64,000 nt of DNA from assembly GCA_026770705.1 (NCBI GenBank), contig JANJGN010000153.1, positions 1,116,001 through 1,180,000 of the forward strand, read 5' to 3'. The translations under genes and the position numbers were made by a program. The stretch comes from Isurus oxyrinchus. Its lineage: Eukaryota. The notes under the pieces were generated by a model. The model saw nothing but the letters and a program-made list of their open reading frames with translations, ran no database searches and was not told where the DNA came from. This document shows positions 51,015 to 64,000 of this stretch, in pieces; position 1 is the stretch's first letter; the number at the start of each line of letters is the position of its first letter.

Positions 51015-51720
51015 ATATAAATAGGAATTTAGAGCAGAAGTAGAGAAACCTGCTCCTCGAGCCAGCCCCGCCATTCAATAAGATTATGGTTCATATGATT
51101 GTGGACGCAATTCCACATTCCCTCCACCTCCAATAACATTTGATACCCTTGGGACGCAAGAGAATATCTGTCTCTGCCTGAATAGATATCCAATCAGCCT
51201 CCCTACACAGTACTTGCGGGAAGAGAGTTCCAAAGCCCTTTAACACTATGAATGAAAAAAATCGCTTCCACCTCCCTTTTAGCGGGAGACCCACAACTTG
51301 AAAACTGTTCTCCCTTTGCTCCAAACTCCACGACAAGGGAAACTTTCTCTTTGCATCAAATATGGACGATGCCTTCAGGATCTAACCTATTTCAAAGCAC
51401 CTCTCATTTTCCAGACTCCAATCAACAAATGTTGACAAAGTTTCTGAGTAAGTTAACACCCAAACCACCAAAACCCTCCACCAAACCAGCATCACAAGTA
51501 TCTGCAGACTGAATGTTATATCAACTGATTCTAATTAGTTGATATCCTTTCTTAAATTTGGAGAACAAAACTGTGCACAGTACCTTAGATGTGATATCGG
51601 CAACGTTCGACACAACTGCAGTAAGTCATCACTACTTCAATAATCAATTTCCTTTGCAATTAACAATGTACAGAATTCTATTTGCCTTGCTGTACCTGCA
51701 TATTAACATCGTGTGTCATG
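51015..51720 (-). mobile_element. CR1 LINE 3' fragment
   Basis: Minus-strand RFFS..VLK..NSLP.V..EAD pattern; tail aggaatttagagcagaagtag...gccccgccattcaataagattatgg on the plus strand. Confidence 0.6.
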
Positions 51721-52564
51721 AGAAATCTATGAATTGCAATAACACAACTGATGTGACTTTGAACTGTGAGCCTGTGTGGCTCTTGTCCAGAGAGAGAGAA
51801 AAAATCTTCTGAATAAGTAATTTCCTAAAAATATATACATAGTATTTTGACAACATATCGATTAATGAAGATGACTGAAAAACACATTGTCCTTCATTGA
51901 ATTTTGCAGGGACATATTGCTAAGCCATTGTGCTAATAGTGAGACACCATCATTGAATATTGTTTCTATTTAATCCGTTCTAAAAAATAATGGCAAATGA
52001 GCATCCATTACAGCAAGTTTCGAATTCGAAAGTGATAAACACATATCGGGAATGATGAAACTCATCTGACCTGGAAGATCCGCACCATGTCTTCAAATCT
52101 CAATATTTCACGGTGTCTTCTTTTTCACTGGTGATGGTGCCGTCCCTGGAAATTTCGGAAGCGAGTTACAGAATTTCATCTGTAGTTGAGAGAACGGCGA
52201 GACTTGTATTCTACAAACACGTTGAATTTATTTAATACGTTCGCAGATGGATGTGTTTTCGAGTATTCAGTGAATTTAGGAATATGGTCACAGTATGGGA
52301 AGATCGATTTGAGATAGAAGATCACTTGATTGGCGGAGGAGACTCGAAAGGCCAATGCCTTTCTCCAGCTCATGTTTTATATGTTCTCCCAATGTACATG
52401 CCGTACTGGTTCTTATCCGTCGTGAAGATTGCTCGTTTGGAATGTTCTATCAAGCTTTTAGCCACCAGTGTATTGCATCCTGTTGATCGTAGAGACGAGC
52501 AGCTATGTGCCCCGATTTTGCAGAGGGTCGTTTTTATTGCTGGTGGTTTGGGTGCCAGATGAAT

Positions 52565-54745
52565 CTCCTCTGGGGATCTCCCTCCCACAGCTTCCAACCT
52601 GATAGTCGCCCAACCTGGGATGGCCCGCTTCTATCTCCTACCCAAAATCCACAAACAGAACTGCCCAGGTAGACCGATCGTCTCAGCTTGCTCCTGCCCC
52701 ACAGAACTCATTTCTCGTTATCTTGACTCCCTTCTCTCTCACCTTGTCCAGTCCCTTCCCACCTACATCCGTCATTCCTCTGACACCTTACGTGACATCA
52801 ACAATTTTCAGTTCCCTGGCTCCAACCGCGTCCTCTTCACCATGGACATCCAATCCCTCTACACCTCCATCCCCCACCAGGATGGTCTGAGGGCCCTTAG
52901 CTTCTTCCTCGAACAGAGGCCTGAACAATCCCCATCCACCACTACTCTCCTCCGTCTGGCTGAACTTGTTCTCACGCTGAACAATTTCTCCTTCAACTCC
53001 TCCCACTTGCTGCAAATGAAAGGTGTGGCTATGGGTACCCGCATGTGCCCCAGCTATGCCTGTCTCTTTATGGGGTATGTGGAACATTCCTTGTTCCAGT
53101 CCTACTCCGGCCCCCTTCCACAACTCTTTTTCCGGTACATCGATGATTACTTCGGTGCCGCTTCATGCTCTCGTCGGGACTTGGAAAAATTTATTAATTT
53201 TGCTTCCAATCTCCACCCCTCCATCATTTTCACGTCGTCCATCTCTTTCACTTCCCTTCCCTTCCTTGAGCTCTCTACCTCAATCTCTGGTGATAGACTG
53301 TCCATCAATATCCATTACAAACCCACCGACTCCCACAGCTATCTTGACTACAGCTCCTCAAACCCAGCTTCCTGTAAGGACTCCATCCCATTCTCTCAGT
53401 TCCTTCGCCTCCGTGGCATCTGTTCCAATGATGCTACCTTCAAAAACAGTTCCTCTGACATGTCCTCCTTCTTCCTTAACCGAGGTTTTCCACCCACAAT
53501 CGTTGACAGGGCCCTCAACTGTGTCCAGCCCATCTCCCGCACATCTGCCCTCACGCCTTCTCCTCCCTCCCAGAAACATGATAGGGTCCCCGTTGTCGTC
53601 ACTTATCACCCCATCAGCCTCCGCATTCAAAGGATCATCCTCCGCCATTTCGGCCAACTCCAGCATGATGACACCGCCAAACACGACTTCCCTTCACCCC
53701 CCCTTTCGGCATTTCATAGGGATCGCTCCCTTTGGGACACCCTGTTCCACTCCTCCATCACCTGCTACTCCTCAACTCCCTCCTATGGCACCACCACTTG
53801 CCCACGCAAAAGATGTAACACCTGCCCCTTCACTTCCTCTCTTCTCACTGTCCAAGGATCCAAACCCTCCTTTCAAGTGAAGCAGCATTTCACTTGCATT
53901 TCCCCCAACTTAGTCTACTGCATCCGTTGCTCCCAATGTGGTCTCCTCTACATTGGAGAGACCAAACGTAAACTGGGCGACCGCTTTGCAGAACACCTGC
54001 GGTCAGTCCGCAAGAATGACCCAAACCTCCCTGTCGCTTGCCATTTTAAGACTCCACCCTGCTCTCTTGCCCACATGTCTCTCCTTGGCTTGCTGCATTG
54101 TTCCAGTGAAGCCCAACGCAAACTGGAGGAACAGCACCTCATCTTCTGACTAGGCACCTTACAGCCATCCGGTCTGACTATTGAATTCAACAACTTTAGG
54201 TCGTGCGCTCCCTCCCCCATCCCCACCCCCTTTCTGTTTCCCCCTTCCTTTTCTTTTTTTTCCAATAAATTATATAGATTTTCCTTTTCCCAGCTGTTTC
54301 CATTATGAAAAAAATATATATTTTTTTACATCTTTTATGCTCTCCCCACCCCAACTAGAGCTATACCTTGAGTGCCCTACCATCCATTCTTAATTAGCAC
54401 ATTCGTTTACATAATATCACCATCTTTAACTTTAACACCTATGTGTTCTTTTGTACTATTGTTGTTGACATCTTTTGATGATCTGCTTCTATCACTGCTT
54501 GTTTGTCCATACAACCACACTCCCACCCAACCTCTCTCTCTCTCTCCGCCCCCCACACACACACCTTAAACCAGCTTATATTTCAACTCTTTCTTGGACT
54601 CGAACTCAAGTTCTGTCAAAGGGTCATGAGGTCTCTAACAGTCAACTCTTTTCTTCTCCGCCGATGCTGCCAGACCTGCTGAGTTTTTCCAGGTAATTCT
54701 GTTTTTGTTTTGGATTCCCAGCATCCGCAGTTTTTCTGTTTTTAT
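52565..54745 (+). mobile_element. Penelope-like retroelement (same family), 5'-truncated, ORF largely open
   Basis: 509-aa RT + GIY-YIG frame (52620-54149) closely similar to the 12962 copy. Premature TGA at 54147 where the other copy has CGA. Same 3' tail. Confidence 0.92.
54609..54647 (+). ncRNA. Degenerate hammerhead motif in second PLE
   Basis: agtt-ctgtcaaa-gggtc-atgag-gtctc-taaca-gtc-aact; the core boxes are mutated relative to 15169-15207. Confidence 0.45.
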
Positions 54746-57700
54746 ATTAAAGTAGAATGCTTGACTGGCATCAGAAACATCACCATAAACAGTCCAGATG
54801 AAAATTGCAGATTTGGGGATAGACTGGGCTTGGGGTTACAAATTATGGTTCTGCACAAATCAGCTGCAGCTAATGGTCCACAATGCCTCATGAATGCCCA
54901 CTTTTGATTTGTTAATCAAGGTGAAACCTACCCCATTTAGGACAATGGTTGTCTCACACAATACGATGGAGAGAAGCCCTAATGTGAAGGCGGAATTCAT
55001 CTGTACAAGGACGTGCAGTGGTCTATCCTATCAATTCTTAAATGGACAGCTGCACCTGTGGTGGTTAGGTTTGTGGAGCGAATTCACTTAGAGGTTTGCA
55101 CCTGATTGGTTCCCTGACCATCTGCCAAAGACCTAATCTAGCATATATCTTTATGACTCTGCCAGCTCGGACATTATTGATGCTTTTGATCTGCTCTTGC
55201 TCACAGACTTCAAGGTGTCCGATGGAAAGCATTTTTTTCTTTTCTCTCCCTAAAACTTCTGCCATTGATGATCATTGATTCATCTGCTGAGGTGAACGGG
55301 AGCTGGTCAGCAGAAGGGGACATTCATTGCCCATGTGTTACATGATGTCATGAGATGTCACTTAAGTGCCACGTGTACTGAAGGATATGAAAAATGGTGC
55401 ACGCTGGAAGTGTTGCAAAATGGTATTTAGGAAAGCAGTAATAGAGTTGAGCATACCGACTAATTCGGTGGATATATTACGTTTTGGATAAGATAATTTC
55501 ACTCAGATGTTTGCTCATGATTCGTATGAACTTTCAAAGCAGGAAGATGAATTATTCAGTTAAGGGTAAACAGCTTGAATCATTAAATTTATGGAATGAT
55601 TGCAAATCAAGCAATCAGCTTTGTCCTGGGTAAAGTCAATATCCTTGAATTCTACTGGAGCATACATCATCTAGACAGGTGTAACGTATCTCATCACATT
55701 CCTGATTTGTGCATTTTAGATGGAGGTAATGTTTTGGAGAGTCAGGGGGTGTGTTGCTCACCACAACATTTTCAGATTCTGACCTGCCCTTCGAGTCACA
55801 GATTCCAGTCAATGGTTTGTCCAAGGATGTTGAAAACGGGGGCTTAAGCGATGGTAATGCCAGTAAATGTCAAGGCTAATTTGTTGGATGTTCATTTGGT
55901 GCAGATGGACATTTCTTGTCAATTTTGCGGCTCGAATATTACTGATCATTCTTCAGCACAAGTCTGGCTGTTGCCCAGGACTTGATGCACATGGGCACAG
56001 ATTTCATCAGCATCTGTTGAATCGTGAATGGTGCGGAACTTTTAACAATTCTCAGCGGATATAACGTCCCCCCACTTTCCCACAGCCTCCCCACCACACC
56101 AGCGTCCTACTGTGTTTCAAATGGAGAGAGCATAATTGATTCAGCAGCTAAAGATGGGTGGGCTCAGGACACTGCCCTCAGTCTGTCGTCCAGTTATGTC
56201 ATGGGGCTAAGATGATGCACCTGCAAAAGAAAATAAAAATGAAAAAATAAATTATTTTTGCTTTGTATGAGTTCACTCAGTAGGGACGTTTCCCCTTATT
56301 CTTATTGACCACAATTCTTATACCCCTCCTTGATACCACATTGTGATAACTGATGCATTGATATAGTTCACATCCACTCTCTGCTCATCTTATAAGTATG
56401 GCACCTGTGTCCATGCTTCGAGGAAGGCCGAACCAGGAGTTCAGCTCGCACGAAGCAAAAAGTGAGCGTCAGTGAACAGTTTGCTGCCGAGTATTTGGCG
56501 ATTGAAAGCATTTTCTATGATACTTTTCATCACATTGATCTTGATTAAATGTAGGCTGATGGGGCTGTACTTAGATTGGTTGGATTTGTCGTGATTATTT
56601 GTGGATAGGCATACCTGTGAAAATTCTCAAAGTTTCTCATAGATGCCAAAGGTTCAGATGCGCCATACCAGCATCGATAGGAAGGCTGATTCAGGAGCAG
56701 TGATCTCCCGTACTATTGGCATTATCTAAATGGACCCATAACCTCTTCATCATCCAGTTCCTTCAGTCATTCCTGAAATCCGAGTGCTGAGAATCACATT
56801 GTATGAAGACTGGCATCTGTGATGCTTGTCATCCATAGGTGGAGGCCGGATGGTTCATCTACCCGTCAGTTCAGGGTGAATGTGGCTGCAAATTCTTCTG
56901 CCATGTATATGCACGGGTGTGCTGCGCTCCACAGTCATTGCTGATGCGGATATTGCTGGAGAGCAAGTGAGGTGCAGAATTTGACATCACCATTAAAGGT
57001 GACTGTGACAGGACTTCAGAGCTGAGCTATCGTTATTTGGTTGGGGGATCAATGAGCCCTGTCTTTCTCATGCTGAATAAGCTTTTCTGCTTGCAAGTAG
57101 CCCGGGCTTGAAATTCACCAGGTTAAGCCGTGTTGTTAGCTTCAATTGCTGCTGTATTGGACATGGGGCAGGTGTCGGCAACGTTCCTTCGTTTGTGCAT
57201 TTGACCTCAAAATCGTGGAAGGGAAACAGCAGAAGAGTGATGGGAACACTCTTAATTACAAAATCCTTTCTGAGTCACGCATCAAGCTGACTTGCAGATA
57301 CATCAACGTTCAATTACTGTCATTGGATCAAAAACCTGGAAATCAATCGCTCCCAGCAAATAATGCTAAGAGTCATGGGTTTTACGAGTCTGGCCAATTT
57401 GTAGTGAATTAAGCTGTAGAGGATATTAATTTAAACATCGGTGTATTAGGAGTTAGATCTTTATCGTCAGGTAATTGGCAATTCGTAATTTTACTTTTCT
57501 GAACACAGATTAGTCTACAGACTCAAATCTTTTTGCCCAACATGGACAACCTTTATCGCAATTTTATGCACTTGGTACCCAGAAAAAAAAAAATCAATTT
57601 TAAGCTTCACCTTCAAATCACAGATGTTGTCATTGAGACACAAGCGATTGTGTCCTAAAACATACATTTTTCATTTCTGCTGAGTGGGCCGCACTTGAAT

Positions 57701-60700
57701 TTATTACCCTTACCTTGACCCCATGTGTTCCATTCATTCTAATCTTGTTGCTAAATGTTTTGACAGCTAGGCATATTTTGGCAGCCAGTAACGTTCGCAG
57801 GGGTCTCCATAGTTGCAGTCATGGAGAACATCACAAGGACGCTGAAATAAAAAGCCAAAAAAAGTCCATTATTTTACTCTTCAGTATTACCGGCAGCTAT
57901 ATATTGCTCTGGACAACACCTGTTATATATATTATCTCTCTGCATGTAACAATCACGTCAAATTCTGAGGCAAATGAGCTTAAGTCAGTTGGATTCATGC
58001 TAGGGGACCTCAGTTGCTGCACAAATGCATTCATTTATGTGCTGACACAGGCTAGGTTTAGGGAGGAGCTGAAGAGTGGAATGCAGTACCTTGTGAAACT
58101 GAGCGCAAAACTATGCAAATTACAGTGGATAACCCATTGACCTGTACAGGCGGACATAAACATTATGCCCTGAAACAACTCATGTTAGAATAACCCTTGT
58201 ACCAACATTTAATATTCTACTAAAAAAGGTTTCCTACTTAACATGCTCTGTTATAATATAATGAACTATTATTCACAGTATACAGTAATCAATGGTGAAT
58301 TGTAAGTTGTGATAATAATAATAAATAAGAATAATAATAATACTGAACAGCTCCTGTTAGCGTTGCAGAGTTTGAAAAAAATGAATTATGATGCCAGGTT
58401 TTGACAGCCTTGTGTTCATTGGAACAGTTGTTCTGATCAAAAAGAGAAGACCCAAACATCACCAGCTGGATCATGACAACTCGACAAATGTAACATAGAC
58501 AAACATGGCAATTTTCCTAGGACGTCTATTCTGGGGCAATTAGTACATAGGGGGATTTTTCAGAACATGTTTCACGAAGTCTGGCACCTTTCAAATATCG
58601 AACAGTTGCGCAATGAGCTTCTTCTCAGATTTCCATTTTCCGCACATGATTAAAACAAGGAAGGCCTGGTCATCACGTGTTTTGTGAAAGGATGGGCAGT
58701 GGCGCAACTGATCACTCATTACCATGATTTATCGGACTGCGAGTCGACTCCATATATTGGATTCTGTACATTTAAATCCGATTTCCCTCCGATTCATTTG
58801 AATACGCAAATGGCTCATTCTTGTTTTTTTCACGATTACTGAGGCTACTTCCTCTCCACATGCTCATTCACAACACTCTCTGTTTCGTGTTATCCGGTCC
58901 TTTCACATACGCACAGCCACCAAATGGCTGTTATCATAATTCTCGAATATTTTCATATGTATGACTTGAAATCCACTCATCAATATAGCGAGTGACGCTT
59001 CAGCCAGGTATCTGCACGAATTCCCAGCCAAGAAACGTCTGATCCCACATGGCCCTACCATTAATTTCTTTTCCTGTATACCTACGCATATTGAATGTGA
59101 AAAATTGTAATGTAATTCTTCTCGTCGCATATTCTTATAATTTACTTAACTTAAATGCTATTCGAAGAATGCAACCATAGAAGGTCTACAGCACAGAAGC
59201 AGATCATTTGGCCCCTCATTTCCTTATTGTCTCACTTAAGGAAGATGCAGCCGGCAGTCACTCTGCCGGCTTCTCCCTGTTATGTGGGTCATTCGCTTTT
59301 CTCAGATATTAATCCAAAATTGTCTTGACGATTCCTGATTAACCACCCTAATCACCCGGGAAAATGATTGTCCAGAACAACTGCCAATTAACGTTGCATT
59401 AAATAGAAAACTAGAACCGCTTTCCTTGAATAAATGAACAGTAAAAACACGACAAGTTCGGTCATGGCATGAGGGGCATAGTTGGCAAGAAAAACAATTA
59501 TTGTCAATCTTTAACTGCTCTTACAGAAAAGCATACTTGATCCGTCTTTTCGAGCAGCTACATGTGTTTCTGACATCTTCACACTGGCTGCTTAGGGCCT
59601 GAATTACTAAATGCCCACACCGCCGGCTCAGCTACCACTCTTTTCTAAATGTTAGCTCTGGCTTTTCGCCATGTACACTTTCTAAATATACATCTCGACT
59701 GCTCAGCTCCCAGTCATTTTAGTTCCTGAGAGAACATCAGTTCTTCAGGGTCCAAGGCTCAACGATGTTTAGCTCCATCATCAATGACCTTCTCTCCATC
59801 TTAAGGTCGGAATTGGGGATGTTCGCTGATGATTACGCAATGCTCAACACAATACGTGACTCCTGAAATCATGAGGTTGTCCATGGCCAAATGCAGCATG
59901 TTCAGACTTTGGCTGAGGAGTGGCAAAGGACATTGAAGCCATACAAGTACCAGGCAATGAATATCTCCAAAGAGAAAATCAAACCATCGACAGCCAACAT
60001 TCAATGGCATTACCATCGCTGAAAGTCGCACTATCAGCATTGTAATGCTTATCATTGACCAGAAACAGAACTGGATTGGCCATATAAACAGAACGTCCAC
60101 AATTGCAGTTCAGAGGCATGGAATCCTGCGGCGACTCCCCAATTCCATTCCACCATCTACACGCCAAACGATAGTACTGTGATGATATACTCCCCACTTG
60201 CTTGGGTGTGTACAGCTCCAAAACAGCCAAGAAGCACGACAGCATCTGGGACAAATCAGTCGTAGATTGACACCACATCAATAAACGTTGACTCCCTCCA
60301 CAACCGACGAAAAATAGCAGCAGTGTGTACTATCTGAAAGGTGCCATTGCCTGAATTTCCGAAGTCACCTTTGACATTACAGTCCAAACCCACGACCGGA
60401 GCATCTAGAAGAATAATGGGCAGCAGATTCATGGGAGCTTAACGATTTGGATGTTCCCCTCCAAGCTACTCACCAGTCTGTTTGCAAAGATATCCCTGTT
60501 CCATCATTGTAATTGGTTCAAATTCCAGGAACTCCCTCCCTAAGAGCACTATGGCTGCGATTCAAGAAGGGAGCTCACCACCATATTCTCAAGGGTACCT
60601 ACGTCTGGGCAATAAATGCTGTGCGAGTGATTGACGCCAAAACCCCCTTGTTCAATAATAATAAATTATCATTGTCTCCGTGGCTGCACAGCTACTGCGC

Positions 60701-62095
60701 TTCCTGTTTCTCCAGTCTGACAGCTCTCTTCTACTATAGCAAAATCAATGTCCTAGACAATACTTCCTGCTTCTTATAAAACTATGCTCTACCTCTTTAG
60801 CTTCCTTACTTTTATTAACTTCTGCTTTGGGAGAAGAGTGTCTTTTACTTTCCTATCTGTGTTTTGATTATCTAGCTCCAATTATTTTTAAATCTGTTTT
60901 GGGGGGGTGGGGCAGCCACTTTCTAATCCTTGCTTTGAATACCTCGCTGTCGCTCTTTTTAAAACTCTCCTCTGGCAGCTCAGCTACCGCTCTTTTACCT
61001 TTCTGCCCTGGCAACTCATCTACTTCTCTTTTTAAAAAATGTCACCTGTTCGTGATCAGCTCCCCACTCTCTCTAAATCACTGCTCTGACTGTTGAACTG
61101 CCGCATTAGACGAATAATTTAACCTGCCCTGACTGCCAAGAGTCTAGCCAGCAATTGGAGACGGTTGAGTTTAATTAAGAATGGTCATTGGTTTGTAACA
61201 CCATGACTTAAAATAAGAATATGCTTGTATAACCTACTAGCATTTTGATATCACAACAGAGAAAATTAATGAATTAATACATGGCAAAGTGGATTTTGAG
61301 ATATTAATTGACAACTAATCGCAGATAAGGCTGCTTAAGAACATTTACGCTCATTAAAAAGGACAGAGGCGCGGATTGTGGGAGAGGGAGGAGTCGCTTT
61401 CCAATTGCATCAATTGTGGTAATGCACAGAAAACAGAAACTATTTATTATCGTTTTCATTTAGTCTGGATGATGGTAGCCGGTGGCGTTCCCCAGGAATC
61501 CGGGTTTGATTTATTTTTGGTCGACATAGACCAGTTGAACCTTGGATTACAGCACAGCGTCTCAAAAAGTGTTAGTGATGCAGACATGGTGGGAGTTTAC
61601 CAGTGAGGATGATACGAATCGGAAATCGAGAGACGAGCAGAATATGCAGGGCATTAGCAGATGCAATTTATTGTATTGCTATGTAAAATAATACAATTTG
61701 GCAGAAGGGGTAATGAAGGGAAATAGAGACGGACTGTCACTGTCCTAAAGAATGTGATAGAATGGAGGGACCAAGGTGCATGTGCTTCGATTTTAGAGTA
61801 TGGCAGACAGAGCCATGCCTCGGGTATGGAAAATTGTGGCGACCGGGCCTGGCACCGCACATTGAGGGTGGATGTGGACTGCGCTGCGGTGACCTGTGAA
61901 TGCGGGCGACAATTCCTACCTGGGTAAGTTGAAGGTGACTGTTTAAGTGACACAAATGTGCCGGCCTATTCGTATTTAGGATTCAATGGCTAGCATGTGC
62001 AGAGACAAAGGAAATGGGGACAATATTGCTTGGAAGCAAAGAAAAGTCAGAGAAAATAACGAGAGAATGATAAGACCTTGAAATATTCTCTGGAA
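54745..62095. repeat. Third, inverted and internally deleted copy of the unit
   Basis: Reverse-complement matches: ~54800 to ~25300, ~57100-57350 to ~22340-22560, ~57420-57620 to ~18950-19160, 57649-58140 to gene 1 exon 2, ~59700 to ~12800-12880, ~61960-62095 to ~10480-10620. Confidence 0.88.
57649..58140 (+). pseudogene. GPR139-like pseudogene D (C-terminal half; inverted paralogue of genes 1/2)
   Basis: CVLKHTFFISAEWAALEFITLTLTPCVPFILILLLNVLT...SCCTNAFIYVLTQARFREELK to stop at 58140. TM1-TM4 are deleted: upstream sequence jumps straight to intron-homologous DNA. Confidence 0.88.
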
Positions 62096-62129
62096 AATAT
62101 CTGACATGTTCTGTGATTTCTGCTCTGGC

Positions 62130-63260
62130 TAGCACGTGACAAAAGTAGTAATCCTGAGATCAATCATTTGAGGTCCTACTTTTCAACATACTTCCTAACT
62201 CCTTGCATCCTGCTTTTAGAAGCTAATCCCGGCATTGACCTATGTCGTTTGTAAGAACGAGTACCACGGCCATTGTATGTTCACCCTCTCCCTTCAGGAT
62301 GTCTTTTAGCCGCTCTGAGACATCCTTCACCCCAGCATCAGGGAGGCTACATAGCATCCTAGAGCCTCGTTTGCAACCACATAAACGTCTATCTATTCCC
62401 CTTACAATTGAATCACCTTTTACAAGTTCATCCCTATAATGTTCACTCATCCCCTGTGCAACAAAACCAACCGTGGGGCAACGAATTTGGCTGCTGCTGC
62501 TTTCCCCTGAGACGCCACTACCTCCAAATGTTTCCATAGCAGCATATCTGTTTTGCAGTGGAATAGCCACAGGAGATTCCTGCAATCTCTGTCTAGTCTT
62601 CTTGCTCTGACTGGTGGTTATCCCTTCCCTTCCTGTCTGAGGACTCTAATCCTGTGGTGTGACCACGTGCCATCCAAGATATTCTGCGCCTTGCAGATGC
62701 ACCACAGTGTCCCTACACCCCACTCCAGCTCCGAAACCCGGGCTTCTAGTATATGCAGCTGGCGACACTTTGTGCACACATGCTGGACCCGGGCTTTGGA
62801 AGTGTTCCAGGCTTCCCACACAGAGCAGGAGGAAGACACCATGGCTTTGAGCCCTCCTTCCAGGCTTACCCATTTAATATAAATTAAACCTTTAGGAATA
62901 TATTTAATATCACATAAAATCAATTAATTTAAGTCTCCTCTTTGTTATAGAGTAACACCCTGACAATCGATGAGCAAAAAAATAAAACTTCAATAAGTAT
63001 ATGCTTTAAAAGAAGCAAATCGTTGCCCTTACCATACTCACAGGAAGATCTCGTTCCCTCGTCGCTGAACTCCATTAGTCGCTACTGCTCTCCCAACTCT
63101 TTTACAACCCATGACTCCTCTCGGGCTTCTCTTCAACTCCCAGCTCCTCTCGTGCTTCTTCTCAACTCCCGAATACTGCCGCGCTTCTCTCCTCTTAGTT
63201 AAGCCCTTGGTTAAACACTTTTTAGTAGTGGAGCACGCACACAAACCATATTTAACATTA
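62130..63260 (-). mobile_element. CR1 LINE 5' part: ORF1 (zinc finger/leucine zipper + SGNH esterase) and 5' UTR
   Basis: SCSVWE...HVCTKCRQLHILEARVSELE (62618-62923); IPLQNRY...GDSIVRGIDRR...CSLPDAGVKDV...TNDIG (62223-62585); frameshifted. Confidence 0.85.
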
Positions 63261-63519
63261 AAAAATCAGCTTTCAAACCACTTTTTAAAATCAGCTTCTC
63301 TGGATGTGCCAGATGCGACAGTGATATTTGTTCCGAAATGATTTTGCATTAATCAGGAGGATTTTGACTGATTGTGCTTAACCTCCCCCTCAGATCTGCC
63401 TCCACGTCTAATCAACCATCTCTCCCAAAATCATTTTAAAAAATGTGATCTTGCACGAATTCATCTGCTGGCTGGATAATTGAGAATTTGTAGTCGCAGA
63501 ATAACTGACACCAAATTAG

Positions 63520-63790
63520 GTGCAACAGATATTGAAATTTCTTCAGTTAAAAGGTTGCGAATCTTTGACATTCTCAACCACAGAGAGCTACTGATGCTCG
63601 GACGTTGAGTTTTTACAATATAAAAATGATAGACGTTTTTGATACAAACTGGATTAAAGGTGTTGGGATTTTTTATTACAATTGGAGCGAAGTTAAATGA
63701 TCAGGCATGTTGAATGTGAGTGGGAAAGTAAGCTGCAAGGAACAAGTAGCCTTCGCTTCTCCAGAATTGAAGTTCATATGACCACATGTC
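63520..63790 (+). mobile_element. CR1 LINE 3' end
   Basis: NFFS*KVANL*HSQPQRATDA pattern. Confidence 0.55.
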
Positions 63791-64000
63791 TGCAGTGAGA
63801 TTCGGCCTTTATCCTTCTCGCTCTTTTTACCTAATTCTATCAAAGCCTGTCATTCTCTACATGAAGCTGTCTGGACTGTGTTGTGACACGGGAAATCGTA
63901 ACACACAAGAGCAGAGTTGAAGTAGTCAGGATATTATTAATGGAGAAATTGGAATAGGGAAGCAGCAGGGAGATGGAACAGGTGGGGTATTTTCAACTTG

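Noticed and set aside
52370-52597. GMYIGRT in a minus-strand ORF next to the PLE, resembling a GIY-YIG motif
   Set aside because: The motif straddles the boundary with a CR1-type tail (aacatataaaacatgagctggagaaaggcattggcctttcgag); no other endonuclease residues follow.
53023-53880. 285-aa Pro/Ser-rich ORF and antisense ORFs overlapping both PLEs
   Set aside because: Alternative frames of a C-rich retroelement; interrupted differently in the two copies.
54147-54149. In-frame TGA in the PLE ORF as possible selenocysteine (as in Naiad PLEs)
   Set aside because: The other copy has CGA (Arg) here, so this is ordinary CpG decay at a non-Cys position.
1-64000. CRISPR arrays, rRNA/tRNA genes, prokaryotic operons
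   Set aside because: None seen: there are no identical spaced repeats, and the sequence is intron- and LINE-rich vertebrate DNA.

Overview
Eukaryotic genomic DNA, most likely a cartilaginous fish (shark or ray); this is inferred from the repeat families and the receptor type. There are no prokaryotic features. The window is a birth-and-death cluster of GPR139/GPR142-like class A orphan GPCRs. It holds two intact minus-strand genes with two coding exons each (gene 1: 27075-27006 + 17695-16788, 325 aa; gene 2: 46099-46030 + 37099-36195, 324 aa). Their 70-nt first coding exons lie ~9 kb upstream and are missing from the ORF track. There are also four pseudogene remnants. The cluster was built by a ~19-21 kb tandem segmental duplication (~8066-29455 vs ~29854-48455), and a third, inverted, deleted copy is present (~54745-62095). 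Other content: two 5'-truncated Neptune-type Penelope-like elements (RT + GIY-YIG) with a minimal hammerhead-ribozyme motif in the 3' tail, a 111-bp PLE tail insertion with a 10-bp TSD, many decayed CR1/L2/RTE LINE fragments, a CR1 ORF1 (zinc finger + esterase), DeuSINE-like copies and a probable hAT remnant. All identities and family calls are by eye; no searches were run.
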